A stretch of DNA of 64,000 nt from Candidatus Gottesmanbacteria bacterium (lineage in GTDB: Bacteria > Patescibacteriota > Microgenomatia > 2-02-FULL-39-11). The DNA lies in NCBI GenBank assembly GCA_016195685.1, contig JACPZE010000020.1, positions 21,725-85,724 on the forward strand, in the 5' to 3' direction. This document shows, in pieces, positions 19,466-29,815 of the stretch. The notes under the pieces were generated by a model. It searched no databases. It saw only the letters and a list, made by a program, of their open reading frames with translations, and had not been told where the DNA came from. Position numbers and translations under genes: made by a program. Each line of letters opens with the position of its first letter. Within the stretch, counting starts at the first letter, position 1.

Positions 19466-20230
19466 ATGATAAATAATAAAACAATTTCGTTGGTCATACC
19501 TTGTAAAAATGAGGCGGAAGCCTTAAAGAATTTGTTGCCCAAAATCCCCAGATATATAGACGAAGTAATAGTAGTAGATAATCAATCTACAGACGACTCA
19601 ATAAAAGTTGCCAAGCGGTATAAAGCTAATGTCATCCGTGAGGCTAGACAAGTTGGAGGTGTAGGTTACGGATACGCAATACAATCAGGTATAAAATTTA
19701 CTCATGGTGATTATATAATTGTTATGGATGGAGATGATACTTATCCAATCGCGGAAGCTAAAAAAATAATAGAGCGTATGGTGCAAAATAAAATAGACTT
19801 TATTTCATGCAACCGCTTTCCACTTATCAATAAAAAAGCTATACCTAAGATACGTCAACTGGGCGTTTTAATACTTAATCTGGAAGTAACATTATTATAT
19901 GGTTATCCTATAAAGGATATTTTATCGGGAATGTGGATAACCGAAAAAGAGACAATAGAAAAAATAATACCCAGAAGTGGGGATTGGAATTTCTCTCCAG
20001 AGATAAAAATAAATGCCATTAATAATCCTATTATACGTTTTGGTGAATATCATATAGAACACTTTTATCGCATGAATGGTAAGAGTAAATTAAACATATG
20101 GAGAACTGGTTGGAGTCATTTGTGGTTCATTTTTAAAAAACGTATATTCAGTGGATATATTACAAATAACTTTAACTTTAACGCAATTAGACAAAATTTT
20201 TCCTATTCCATTAAACAATTTTTATTTTAA
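19466..20230 (+). CDS. GT2 glycosyltransferase (polyprenol-phosphate sugar synthase-like)
   Basis: ISLVIPCKNEAEAL...VVVDNQSTDDS...DGDDTYP is the GT2 DxD architecture. Confidence 0.75.
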   Translation: MINNKTISLVIPCKNEAEALKNLLPKIPRYIDEVIVVDNQSTDDSIKVAKRYKANVIREARQVGGVGYGYAIQSGIKFTHGDYIIVMDGDDTYPIAEAKKIIERMVQNKIDFISCNRFPLINKKAIPKIRQLGVLILNLEVTLLYGYPIKDILSGMWITEKETIEKIIPRSGDWNFSPEIKINAINNPIIRFGEYHIEHFYRMNGKSKLNIWRTGWSHLWFIFKKRIFSGYITNNFNFNAIRQNFSYSIKQFLF

Positions 20231-20238
20231 GTATTAAC

Positions 20239-21468
20239 ATGCGGATTCTACTTATTACGCCATATTTTTATCCTCATATTGGTGGTAGCCAACAATATGC
20301 AATGGAATTATATAGGCATCTGATGTCATTAGACAAAAAAGTAAAAGTTGATGTCATCTGTTACAACAGCACTAATTCTCCCACAGAAGAAAATTACAAA
20401 GGATTTTCAATTTATAGAATTCCCTGTATTGACCTTCTTAATGGTCAATTCGCTATTCCAAATTATTTGGAACTATGGAGAATTATAAGAAAATTAACCA
20501 GGAGATATAAATATGATATTGTAAATTCCCATAGCCGTTTTTTTGAAAATTCTTGGTGGGTTCCATTACTAGCTAAACATCTTGACGCAAAAAGTATTTT
20601 GACTGATCATGCTAGTAGCAGACCAGTTCATAGATCACTAATGATTACTCGAATCTCCAGATTATTGGAGAGAATTACTGCTCCAATTATGAAACATTAT
20701 GATTTAGTAACAGTAACAAATAAAGCTACTTCTCAATACCTAAAGTCGTTAGGAGTGGAAAAGCCAAAACTCATTTATGGTGGTGTGGATACTGATTTTT
20801 TTAAGCCAAACAGCAAACAAAAATATAGAAGTATACCAAATATCACTGGTAAGCAATTCAAGAATAATGACCTTATTATAACTTTTTTAGGACGAATGAT
20901 TACTACAAAAGGACCGCAACTTTTATATGAAGTTGCTAGAAAATTAACTAAGTCAAATAAAAAATTGAATTTTATATTTGCAGGAAGCGGTGAGATGTAT
21001 CTTAAGTTAAAAAGAGTAAATACTAAACAAATATATTTTACCCATGCATTAAATATGAGTCAGGTTAGACAATTATTAGCAAAGACCGATATTTTTGTTA
21101 ATCCTTCTTACCATTTTGAAGGTTTCCCCAACGTATTACTTGAAGCTGGGGCTTCAGGGTGTGCCGTAATTGCTACCGATGTGGGAGGAGTAACTGAATT
21201 AATTATCAATAATAAAACTGGTTTAATTGTTAGACCAGAAAATAATTCAGTTAAGAAGGCCTTAGAAGCCCTTATCAAAAATAAAAAGAAAAGATTATTT
21301 TTGGGAAAAGAGCTAAGAAAAAAAATAGAGCAGAATTTCTCCTGGAAGAATATAGCACCGATTTACCTAAATGTTTTAAATAAATTGATTCATACTAATA
21401 AAACTTATACACTACCAAGTAAAGATAGCCTGTCAATTTATAACCAGAGATTATCCCTTCTAGATTAA
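20239..21468 (+). CDS. GT4 (GT-B fold) glycosyltransferase
   Basis: The C-terminal EGFPNVLLEAGASGCAVIATDVGG is the GT4 signature. Confidence 0.8.
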   Translation: MRILLITPYFYPHIGGSQQYAMELYRHLMSLDKKVKVDVICYNSTNSPTEENYKGFSIYRIPCIDLLNGQFAIPNYLELWRIIRKLTRRYKYDIVNSHSRFFENSWWVPLLAKHLDAKSILTDHASSRPVHRSLMITRISRLLERITAPIMKHYDLVTVTNKATSQYLKSLGVEKPKLIYGGVDTDFFKPNSKQKYRSIPNITGKQFKNNDLIITFLGRMITTKGPQLLYEVARKLTKSNKKLNFIFAGSGEMYLKLKRVNTKQIYFTHALNMSQVRQLLAKTDIFVNPSYHFEGFPNVLLEAGASGCAVIATDVGGVTELIINNKTGLIVRPENNSVKKALEALIKNKKKRLFLGKELRKKIEQNFSWKNIAPIYLNVLNKLIHTNKTYTLPSKDSLSIYNQRLSLLD

Positions 21469-21560
21469 TTTAATATAAACCCTATTGCTTTTAAATTTTC
21501 ACAACCCAACTTAGCTCAAGGTTCACTTTTTCTTCCATTTCTCCTATACTAGCCTTATCG

Positions 21561-22937
21561 ATGGGAAATATTAAAAAGCTTCTTATCTACCTTTCTATTT
21601 TAATTTTTGGGGGTATTATAGCGTTTGTATCGGCTCCATATCTTCGCCAGTTTCTCTCATCCTCCGGGTTCATACAGGAAAAAGTACTGGTTGCAGGGAC
21701 GGGATCCATGTATCCTACTTTCCCTAAAGGCGAAGGGAAGACGGACGTCTTGAGGGCATCTGAAATTGTCGCATTACCAAAGATGAGGCATTTCCCCTCG
21801 GGTATAACTTTAAACGGATTTAATTTATTCTCATACAATCTGGAGCATGGGGATATCGTCGATTTTGAAAATGTTAAGACAAAAGAAATCACCAGGCAAA
21901 AATATGGTGATGAAGCAGGATTTGTAAAAAGAATTATTGGTCTTCCAGGTGACAGTATTACATTACGCGATGGTTTTGTCATTGTAAACGGCCAAAATTT
22001 GGATGAACCTTATACCGCTAAACCCAGGTCGACGTATGGGGGTGATTTTTTGCCAGATTGTCAAAATATATTAGTTCCACAAGGAAAAATTTTTGTGATG
22101 GGGGATAACCGCAAGGCAAGTCTGGACAGCCGATTTGAATTGGGATTTGTGGATATAAAAAGTATAAAATTTGTCATGCCGGTAGGCGAACAAGGTGATT
22201 ATCGGAAATCATTTCGGGATACGAAAGAAGATAATTCTCTTGCTAATACGGCTACTCTTGACCCAACGGAATTCGTAAAATTACTAAATGAAAAAAGAAA
22301 AGAGAAAAATCTTCCGCCCTTTAAACTCAGTCCTATTCTTTCACTCTCGGGGAAAAGAAGGGGAAATGTGATGATATCAACCAATGATTTTTCTACAGAA
22401 GCAACCAAAAGCGGTGTAACTTTGGAGAAAGCTTTAAAAGAAACTGGGTACAGTAATATAATTTTTGCGGAAATATTCACAAGGGGATATTATGAAGCAA
22501 TAGAACTTTTGGATAACTTTTTGGAATTTCCACAGACAAAAAATATTCTATTTTCCAGTCAGTACCAAGAAATAGGTCTGGCTCCGGTTTTGGGCGAAAT
22601 CAATAACTGTCCGACTCAAGTAGTAGTAGTCCATCTGGGCGGTTATGTGCCGCCCAATTACAAACCGGAGGATATACAGAGCTGGAAGAAACTTATGGAT
22701 AATTTAAATCAGGCTATACCTTCATGGGAGCAACTTCAAAATAACAGTAACGTGGATCAGTCAAAATTAAATCAGTTATTAAATATTCTAAGGATTAGAA
22801 AGGATACGGCGAATAAAATTTATAAAAGGATGAATGCAAACCTGTGGTTATCTGATGAAGAAGAAAAGTTGGTGGCACAAGATAAACAACTGGCAGAAGA
22901 TGCAAATTCAATTGTGGATCAACTGTCTAAGAAATGA
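21561..22937 (+). CDS. lepB: signal peptidase I (S26) fused to a C-terminal CAP/SCP-like domain
   Basis: S26 motifs (GTGSMYPTF, the VKRIIGLPGD lysine box, GDNRKASLDSRF). The C-terminal ~175 aa (from about 22236) resemble a CAP domain (LNEKRKEKNLPPFKLSP...SQYQEIGLA). Confidence 0.75.
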   Translation: MGNIKKLLIYLSILIFGGIIAFVSAPYLRQFLSSSGFIQEKVLVAGTGSMYPTFPKGEGKTDVLRASEIVALPKMRHFPSGITLNGFNLFSYNLEHGDIVDFENVKTKEITRQKYGDEAGFVKRIIGLPGDSITLRDGFVIVNGQNLDEPYTAKPRSTYGGDFLPDCQNILVPQGKIFVMGDNRKASLDSRFELGFVDIKSIKFVMPVGEQGDYRKSFRDTKEDNSLANTATLDPTEFVKLLNEKRKEKNLPPFKLSPILSLSGKRRGNVMISTNDFSTEATKSGVTLEKALKETGYSNIIFAEIFTRGYYEAIELLDNFLEFPQTKNILFSSQYQEIGLAPVLGEINNCPTQVVVVHLGGYVPPNYKPEDIQSWKKLMDNLNQAIPSWEQLQNNSNVDQSKLNQLLNILRIRKDTANKIYKRMNANLWLSDEEEKLVAQDKQLAEDANSIVDQLSKK

Positions 22938-24955
22938 CTAAAATAAAACTCCTGTATAAAATATTGCCTATTTTCTTTATTGCCTCAATTGTAATTGCTT
23001 TATTTGGAAAAAGTCTCATTCCCGCGAAGGGATATATCTTATACGGCGGTGACTTAAATGACCAGTTTTACTATTGGAAATCTTATTATGTACAAAATTT
23101 AAAGCAGGGTATTTTCCCATTTTGGAATCCGTATTCTTTCTCTGGTACTCCTTTTTTGGCTCATCCGTCTACATCTGCCTTTTATCCATTTAATATTATA
23201 TTTTTCATTTTACCCTTCAATACGACATTTTCAGTCTATCTTTTTATCCATATTGTCATGGCAGGGACATTTATGTATTTATTGTGCAAAAAATATGCGG
23301 ATACTTTGTCTTCCCTGGCCGGGGCAATTACTTTTAGTTTATCTGGACTTATGGCGGCCAGAATATATTCCGGACATATAGATATCATTTCTACTCTAGT
23401 ATGGATACCGGCTGTTTTTTGGGCAATGACAAACACATTAGATTCTAAAAATAAAAAATATGTCTTACTTTCGATTTTATTTTTAACTCTTCAGATATTA
23501 GCCGGGTACCAAGCTGTTGTAATTTTTACACTCGAATTTATTTTTATTTATCAGTCAGTTTCTGCAATTTTTGATTATTATAAAAAAATATCTTTATCAA
23601 CAATTACTAAAAAGTTTTTAAAAACAATTTTTATTGTATTAATTTCCTATGGTATATCTGCTATTCAACTTCTACCGACCATGGAATTTGTCCGAAGTTC
23701 GATCAGAGGACAGGGATTACCTTATGAAATGCTTGCCTGGGGATCTTATACCAAGGATTTATTTGGTACTTTTATAAACCCATTTATCTACGGAAACCCA
23801 TTCCCACAAAATTATACTTATAACGGTCCGGGACCGAATTTTTTTGAGCTTTCATACTTCGCTGGAGTTATTCCGCTTTTTATATTTTTATTATTTATCA
23901 TTTACCATCTATATTATTTTATTCGAAAAAGAAAAGTTAAGAAAATATTCTTGGCGCTTATTTTACCGGTACTGTTTTTTTCACTTACTGCCATGGGAAA
24001 TAATTTTCCCATCCATAAGTTCCTTTATCAAATGTTTCCTCCATACAGATTATTCCGCTTCCCATCTCAACATTTGATGATGGTGGTATTTATCATTTCG
24101 CTCACAACAGGAATATTCCTGGGAATATTTAAAAATAAACTTATGAAATTAGTAATTTTATTACTCATAACTCTCGAATTATTCATCTATGATAAGCAAT
24201 TTATCACAACCTCTAAAATTCCCACCGATAATTTTGATCAAAATTTGACCTCAATATTAGAAAAAGATACCCAATTAATCAGACTTTTACCAGATTATTC
24301 GGTAGTTTCACAGGTGAGGAAAGATTGGGATTTTGAGTCGTCGATGTATTATAAAATACAATCGACCAGCGGTTACAATCCGATTTTACTTAATTCTTAT
24401 TATCACTTTATAGATCTTATCAATAAGAAAAATACATCTTCTGTAGCACAATTCAATGTAGAAATTCCACCACCTGACCCAGCTTCAAAAGATATAGATT
24501 TTTTAAATATAAAATACGTCTTGACTAATAAGAATTACGATATGATTTATGGTAAATCTTTGAGTAAATATGCGTTAAAATTAGAAGGAAATAATTACAG
24601 ATTGTATGAGAATAAAGATTTTTTACCCAGATTTTTTCTAGATTGTTCTGGAAGAGACGCAAAAGATGTAGAAGTGGTAGATTACCAAATAAATAACATA
24701 AAGTTAAAAACGAGTTCGAATTGTGATGGAATTTTGTCTTCCAGCGAAGTATATTATCCGGGTTGGAAAGCAACTATTGATAATAATGAAACCCCAATTT
24801 ACAAAAGTAATACAGCTTTCCGGTCTATATTTTTACCAAAAGGGGAACATGATGTTATTTTCTATTACCAACCGACTATTTATTATCTTGGAGGTTTCAT
24901 AACGTTATTAACTTTAGTTTCTTTATTTATAATCATTAGAAAATACTATGAATAG
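22934..24955 (+). CDS. YfhO-family membrane protein (GT-C glycosyltransferase-like)
   Basis: Many TM helices. The C-terminal YYPGWKATIDNNETPIYKSNTAFRSIFLPKGEHDVIFYYQP matches the YfhO family C-terminus. Confidence 0.65.
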   Translation: MTKIKLLYKILPIFFIASIVIALFGKSLIPAKGYILYGGDLNDQFYYWKSYYVQNLKQGIFPFWNPYSFSGTPFLAHPSTSAFYPFNIIFFILPFNTTFSVYLFIHIVMAGTFMYLLCKKYADTLSSLAGAITFSLSGLMAARIYSGHIDIISTLVWIPAVFWAMTNTLDSKNKKYVLLSILFLTLQILAGYQAVVIFTLEFIFIYQSVSAIFDYYKKISLSTITKKFLKTIFIVLISYGISAIQLLPTMEFVRSSIRGQGLPYEMLAWGSYTKDLFGTFINPFIYGNPFPQNYTYNGPGPNFFELSYFAGVIPLFIFLLFIIYHLYYFIRKRKVKKIFLALILPVLFFSLTAMGNNFPIHKFLYQMFPPYRLFRFPSQHLMMVVFIISLTTGIFLGIFKNKLMKLVILLLITLELFIYDKQFITTSKIPTDNFDQNLTSILEKDTQLIRLLPDYSVVSQVRKDWDFESSMYYKIQSTSGYNPILLNSYYHFIDLINKKNTSSVAQFNVEIPPPDPASKDIDFLNIKYVLTNKNYDMIYGKSLSKYALKLEGNNYRLYENKDFLPRFFLDCSGRDAKDVEVVDYQINNIKLKTSSNCDGILSSSEVYYPGWKATIDNNETPIYKSNTAFRSIFLPKGEHDVIFYYQPTIYYLGGFITLLTLVSLFIIIRKYYE

Positions 24956-26573
24956 TAGATATAAAATATTGCTTGGGGTAATACTTACAATTTTTTATTT
25001 AATCTTCCATATTTTCATCATGAACGACTACGGAATTTCATGGGATTTTCACTATCATAATTTTGCAGGATTATACCATCTGGGACAGAAGGTCCCGTCG
25101 ATCGATGATTCCTATTCGATCCCTTTTACTCCTCCTGATCCAAGACTGACTACACTTGATCCTTTTGGGCCCTTTACTCAAATTATCCCTACCTTATCTT
25201 ATTTAATTTTTTATGACCTGCCTGCGCAGGTAGGAAAATTGCCTATCTTGCCTTTTGACAGTGCTTATAATTTACCATCAGTAGTCTTGGGTAGTTTGGG
25301 TATATTGGTTCTTTTTCTTTTTTTGTATGAGGCTATAAATTTTCCTTTGGCTATTTTTTCTTCAGTTTTTCTAGCCTTACTCCCGACACATTTTGGTTAC
25401 CTGCACGATAACATGAAAGACGTGCCGAATGCGTTTGTATTTACTTTATCGGTTTATCTTTTCTGGCGACTTACTAAGCATAAACGATTGCGCGATTTAA
25501 TTTGGGCGATTTTAGCATTTGCCTTTGCTTTTAACGTGAAAATAAATTCCGTAATGATTCCCGTGGTATGCTTAGTTTGGTTTTTATTTAAAGAGAGAAA
25601 GACAATAATTACTGTCATCCCGAATTTATTTCGGAATCTGAGGGGAGCGATGAAGCGTATCCAGAAAGATTATGGATTGGTCATTTTATATTTTATATTA
25701 TCTCCCATTGCGGCACTTTTAATATGGTGGCCTTTTTGGAAAGATCCAATCGGTAAATTATTGGAGCTGCCGTATTTTTATTCTCACAATACTCTGAATA
25801 TGCCTGTATTATTGGATGGAGTAATCTATCATTCAGGCGTGAATATTCCCTGGTTTTATCCCTGGGTATACATATTTATCACAACTCCATTGGGAGTATT
25901 AACTGCATTTTTAATGGGGATTATCATTTCCATCACTAAAATCTTTAAAAAAAATGGTATTTATGCGCTACTTATTATTTGGTTACTAATTCCACTGATG
26001 CGATACTTCAGTCCTAAAGTCTCGGCAATCGACGGTATGCGTCATTTTATGGAAGTGGTTTATCCTCTTTGTGCTTTAGCGGGCGTAGGATTTTACTTTA
26101 TTTATGAAACTCTGGACAAGCTTACAAAAAGTAAAAAAACGGGAAGGATTATTTTCGGATTCTTGCTAATTACTCTAGTATACAATTTAGTGAAATTTCA
26201 CCCTTATCAGACAAGTTTCTATAATGCCGCAATTGGTGGAGTAAAAGGTGCAAATGGAAAATTTGATATAGACTTTTGGGGTGCACCACAAAAGGATGCA
26301 ATTGTTTGGTTAAATAAAAATGCAGAAATAAATTCTTATATAAATGTGGTTATGGCTCAAAGTTCCGCCGCGATGTATGCTCGAACGGATTTTCAAAGTA
26401 AAATCAATGAAAAAGATTGGGAAAATAGCGATTACACTGTGATTCTAAACAAAAAATCATTTTTCGAAGTTTATCCGATACAAAAATACTTATCCAAGAG
26501 TCTTTCGGAGAATAAATTGGTTTACGAAAGAACTATTGATGGTGTACCTCTTTTTTGGGTGATCAAAAATTAA
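24948..26573 (+). CDS. polytopic membrane protein, GT-C (PMT/ArnT-like) candidate
   Basis: About 12 TM helices with a C-terminal soluble region. No diagnostic motif was found by eye. Confidence 0.45.
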   Translation: MNSRYKILLGVILTIFYLIFHIFIMNDYGISWDFHYHNFAGLYHLGQKVPSIDDSYSIPFTPPDPRLTTLDPFGPFTQIIPTLSYLIFYDLPAQVGKLPILPFDSAYNLPSVVLGSLGILVLFLFLYEAINFPLAIFSSVFLALLPTHFGYLHDNMKDVPNAFVFTLSVYLFWRLTKHKRLRDLIWAILAFAFAFNVKINSVMIPVVCLVWFLFKERKTIITVIPNLFRNLRGAMKRIQKDYGLVILYFILSPIAALLIWWPFWKDPIGKLLELPYFYSHNTLNMPVLLDGVIYHSGVNIPWFYPWVYIFITTPLGVLTAFLMGIIISITKIFKKNGIYALLIIWLLIPLMRYFSPKVSAIDGMRHFMEVVYPLCALAGVGFYFIYETLDKLTKSKKTGRIIFGFLLITLVYNLVKFHPYQTSFYNAAIGGVKGANGKFDIDFWGAPQKDAIVWLNKNAEINSYINVVMAQSSAAMYARTDFQSKINEKDWENSDYTVILNKKSFFEVYPIQKYLSKSLSENKLVYERTIDGVPLFWVIKN

Positions 26574-27273
26574 AAACGATCGATAACATAAAACGGAAAT
26601 AATCCACAAGTGTTTTAAAAGAGCTTATTTTACTTTTTCCCCAGATTCGGTAGTGATAAGTGATGGGTATTTCTGCAATATTAAATCCATAACGGTTTGC
26701 ATACAAAATAAATTCCATATATGAAGGATAACCATCGTATTTGAGATTCAATCTTACTTTTTCTGCTACCTCTTTTTTCATAAATCTATAGCCTGAGCTG
26801 ATGTCTTTCACTTTTATCCCCATAATTTGAGTGACAATTTTGTTGGTTAATCGGCTGGCAATTATCTTCCATACTCTTTTTTCATCAAATCTGCCGCCTT
26901 TTATAAATCTTGATCCTATAATCAAATCAGCATAATTTTTTTTCATCATTTGAATAAATCTAGAAAGGTCAATGATATCGTGGTTTAAATCGGCGTCCAT
27001 AGTGAGGATATGCGTGGCTGTTTTATCCAGATATTGGTATCCGACTTTATATGCTTTTCCGATTCCAAGGGGCTTCTCATAATAAATATAATCAAGATAG
27101 GGTTTAGTTTTCTTGAGTTTGGCAAGAAGTTCCCTGCTTCCATCATTTCCTTGCAAGACGAAAAATATTTTAAACACGATTTTTTGCTTTTTGAACTCTT
27201 TCTCAATTTTGCTGATCAGATCATTGAGATTCCCTTTTTCATTGTAAGCTGGTATCAGCACAAAAATTTTCAT
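26563..27273 (-). CDS. GT2 glycosyltransferase (dolichol/undecaprenol-phosphate sugar synthase-like)
   Basis: MKIFVLIPAYNEKGNL...TMDADLNHD, the GT2 pattern. Confidence 0.75.
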   Translation of the reverse strand: MKIFVLIPAYNEKGNLNDLISKIEKEFKKQKIVFKIFFVLQGNDGSRELLAKLKKTKPYLDYIYYEKPLGIGKAYKVGYQYLDKTATHILTMDADLNHDIIDLSRFIQMMKKNYADLIIGSRFIKGGRFDEKRVWKIIASRLTNKIVTQIMGIKVKDISSGYRFMKKEVAEKVRLNLKYDGYPSYMEFILYANRYGFNIAEIPITYHYRIWGKSKISSFKTLVDYFRFMLSIVFNF

Positions 27274-27397
27274 AATAGGTTCACAAGTTGGTAAAAGATA
27301 AGTATACTAATTTTATAACAGAACTTACAGTGTCTGGATTAGATAAATAAGTAAATTTTTGATAAAATAGATATATAATTTCCTCTTTTACTTATTT

Positions 27398-28600
27398 ATG
27401 AATATAGCCTTTATCTCCTATTGGTCCTGCCCATTGACTCGTCTGGGTGTGCTTTCTTCTGGTGGAATGAATGTCTATGTTTTAAATCTTGCCAATAACT
27501 TAGGTACGCTGGGCCATACTGTAGATATTTATACCCATTCGCATCATGAAAACGATGAAAAAATACTGCAAATACACAAAAATGTAAGAATAATTCACTT
27601 TTCCGTTCACACAATAGATCATTACCAAGGTGTAGAATCATTTGCGAATAAAATGCTTGATTTTATGGGAAAAAATTCTTTGCAATATGATCTTTTGCAC
27701 AGTCACTATTTCTACTCCAGTTTGGTAGGACAAATTATAAAAAAAAGTTTGCACATTCCCCTTTTTACTACATTTCACGCATTAGGAATAACGAAAGAAC
27801 TTTATGGCGGGATAAGCGATAAGTTAAGAATCCAAAGTGAAAAGAATATTGTCAACTTCAGTGACGGCATCATTTCTTCTGTGGAATTGGAAAAAAAGGA
27901 ACTCGTCGATAAGTATAAGGCAGATGCCCAAAAAATTTTCGTGGTTGCCCCAGGAGTAAATCATCATGTATTTAAAAAAATTGACAGAAAAAAAGCCAGA
28001 ATGAAAATAGGTATAACAAGTGACGAAAAAATTATTCTTTTTGTAGGAAGGATCGATCCGATCAAGGGAATATCTATCCTTATAAATGCAGTATCAAAAC
28101 TTTCTAAGAAATTCACAGATTTTAAAGATAATTTCAAAGTTCTTTTAATAGGCGGAGACATAGAAAGTAGAACATTTTGGAGAAATCCTGAAGTTATAAA
28201 AATTCAGACTCTCATTGAGCGCTTAGATCTTGCTTGTTGTATAAAGTTTATAGGGAATAGGCCCCATAATGTATTACCATATTATTATAGTGCAAGTGAT
28301 ATAGTAATCATGCCATCCCGCTATGAATCATTTGGGTTGGTTGTATTAGAGGCAATGGCAAGCGGGACCGCGGTTATTGCATCAAAAGTTGGAGGTCTAT
28401 CTTACCTTATAAAAGATAAGGTAAGCGGCCGATTTTTCCGAAGCGGTGATGTAGAAAATCTAGGTGAGGTCATTTGGGAACTGCTCAATGATGATAAACA
28501 AAGAGACAACTTAGGTAAGAAAGCAATAATAGAAAGTCAAAAATATTGCTGGGATTTGCAGGCTGAAAAAATTATTGGATTCTATAAAAAATATTTATGA
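27398..28600 (+). CDS. GT4 glycosyltransferase
   Basis: YESFGLVVLEAMASGTAVIASKVGG, the GT4 signature. Confidence 0.8.
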   Translation: MNIAFISYWSCPLTRLGVLSSGGMNVYVLNLANNLGTLGHTVDIYTHSHHENDEKILQIHKNVRIIHFSVHTIDHYQGVESFANKMLDFMGKNSLQYDLLHSHYFYSSLVGQIIKKSLHIPLFTTFHALGITKELYGGISDKLRIQSEKNIVNFSDGIISSVELEKKELVDKYKADAQKIFVVAPGVNHHVFKKIDRKKARMKIGITSDEKIILFVGRIDPIKGISILINAVSKLSKKFTDFKDNFKVLLIGGDIESRTFWRNPEVIKIQTLIERLDLACCIKFIGNRPHNVLPYYYSASDIVIMPSRYESFGLVVLEAMASGTAVIASKVGGLSYLIKDKVSGRFFRSGDVENLGEVIWELLNDDKQRDNLGKKAIIESQKYCWDLQAEKIIGFYKKYL

Positions 28601-29169
28601 AAAAGACAGTGATCTATTTTCTTCGTCATGGTGAAGTAGAGAATCCCAAAAAAATTATTTATGGAAGACTCCCAGGATTTAATCTGTCTGAAAACGGGAT
28701 AAAAAGGATAAAAGAAGTAGCACAAGAATTGAAAAGTCAAAAAATCGATTATTTATATGCCAGTCCCATGCGAAGAACAAGACAAACAGCAGAAATACTA
28801 AGTCAAGTATTCAGAATAAAAAAGAGGATTAGTCGATATCTTATTGAATCGAAACTTATACATGCAGGATTACCCTTGGATATTTTTAAAAAAGAAATAC
28901 AACCAAAACTTTATGAAGAAAAATATTTAAAACTCGGTCAGGAAAGTCCAGAGTCACAGGCCGATAGGATGTGGCGATTTGTTCAAGTGATGAAAAGTAA
29001 ACATATCGGAAAGACCATACTTGCGGTTTCTCACGGCGATCCGATAGTCATTCTGAAAGCAAAGATTTTGGGAAAGCCTTTCAATTGGCAATTCAAGTTG
29101 GAGAATTATCTTAAACCCGGATATTATCTAATTTTATCCTGCGAAGGAAATACATACAGAATTAAATAA
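28597..29169 (+). CDS. histidine phosphatase (phosphoglycerate mutase family)
   Basis: RHG motif (FLRHGEVENP) and a second His in AVSHGD. Confidence 0.7.
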   Translation: MKKTVIYFLRHGEVENPKKIIYGRLPGFNLSENGIKRIKEVAQELKSQKIDYLYASPMRRTRQTAEILSQVFRIKKRISRYLIESKLIHAGLPLDIFKKEIQPKLYEEKYLKLGQESPESQADRMWRFVQVMKSKHIGKTILAVSHGDPIVILKAKILGKPFNWQFKLENYLKPGYYLILSCEGNTYRIK

Positions 29170-29174
29170 TTTTT

Positions 29175-29813
29175 ATGATGAATAATAAAAAATTCAAATT
29201 CCTTTTCACCAGCTTGGTATTTGGTTGCATTTTTATTTATTTAAGTTTTTTGGTGAATAAAGATATATTCCATAATCTGGATTATGATACCTTGGTTTAT
29301 CTTCAAAAGTCATTTAATCGAATAGTTGATATGCCGTTTTCGATACTCACGCTTTTAGGATCATCGGAATTTATTTTGCCAACAGTCACTTTAATATTTA
29401 CAATATTATTTTTGCGGAAAAAGCACTTGTTTAGCGGGTTATTTCTTATATTTTTGATTTATATTTTTGAGTTGACCGGAAAATTATTCATATATCATCC
29501 CAAACCTCCCATGATATTTAATCGCTATGTCCTTCATATTTTCCTTCCCAGCAGTTTCATAGTCGAAACCAATTTTTCCTATCCTTCCGGTCATATGGCC
29601 AGGATAACTTTTTTGACAGTAATTATTCTGTATTTTATTTTTAAATTTACTAAAAATAAGTTACATAAGAACTTTTTTATATTTCTATCAGTATTTTTTA
29701 TAACGGTTATGTTTATAAGCAGAATATACCTGGCAGAACATTGGTTTACAGATGTTCTGGGAGGATTACTTTTGGGTGTAAGTTTGGGAACTCTGGCTTT
29801 AAGCCTTTGGTAA
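29175..29813 (+). CDS. PAP2-family membrane phosphatase (possible polyprenyl-pyrophosphate phosphatase)
   Basis: PAP2 motifs PSGH (SYPSGHMARI) and SRx5Hx3D (SRIYLAEHWFTDVLGG) on a multi-TM scaffold. Confidence 0.7.
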   Translation: MMNNKKFKFLFTSLVFGCIFIYLSFLVNKDIFHNLDYDTLVYLQKSFNRIVDMPFSILTLLGSSEFILPTVTLIFTILFLRKKHLFSGLFLIFLIYIFELTGKLFIYHPKPPMIFNRYVLHIFLPSSFIVETNFSYPSGHMARITFLTVIILYFIFKFTKNKLHKNFFIFLSVFFITVMFISRIYLAEHWFTDVLGGLLLGVSLGTLALSLW

Positions 29814-29815
29814 AT

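Noticed and set aside
17560-26573. Oligosaccharyltransferase (STT3/PglB/AglB) identity for the large GT-C-like membrane proteins
   Set aside because: I found no WWDYG or DxD/MI-type OST motifs. WFDAWD in the 46830 and 48430 proteins is N-terminal and in the wrong context. They are left as generic GT-C candidates.
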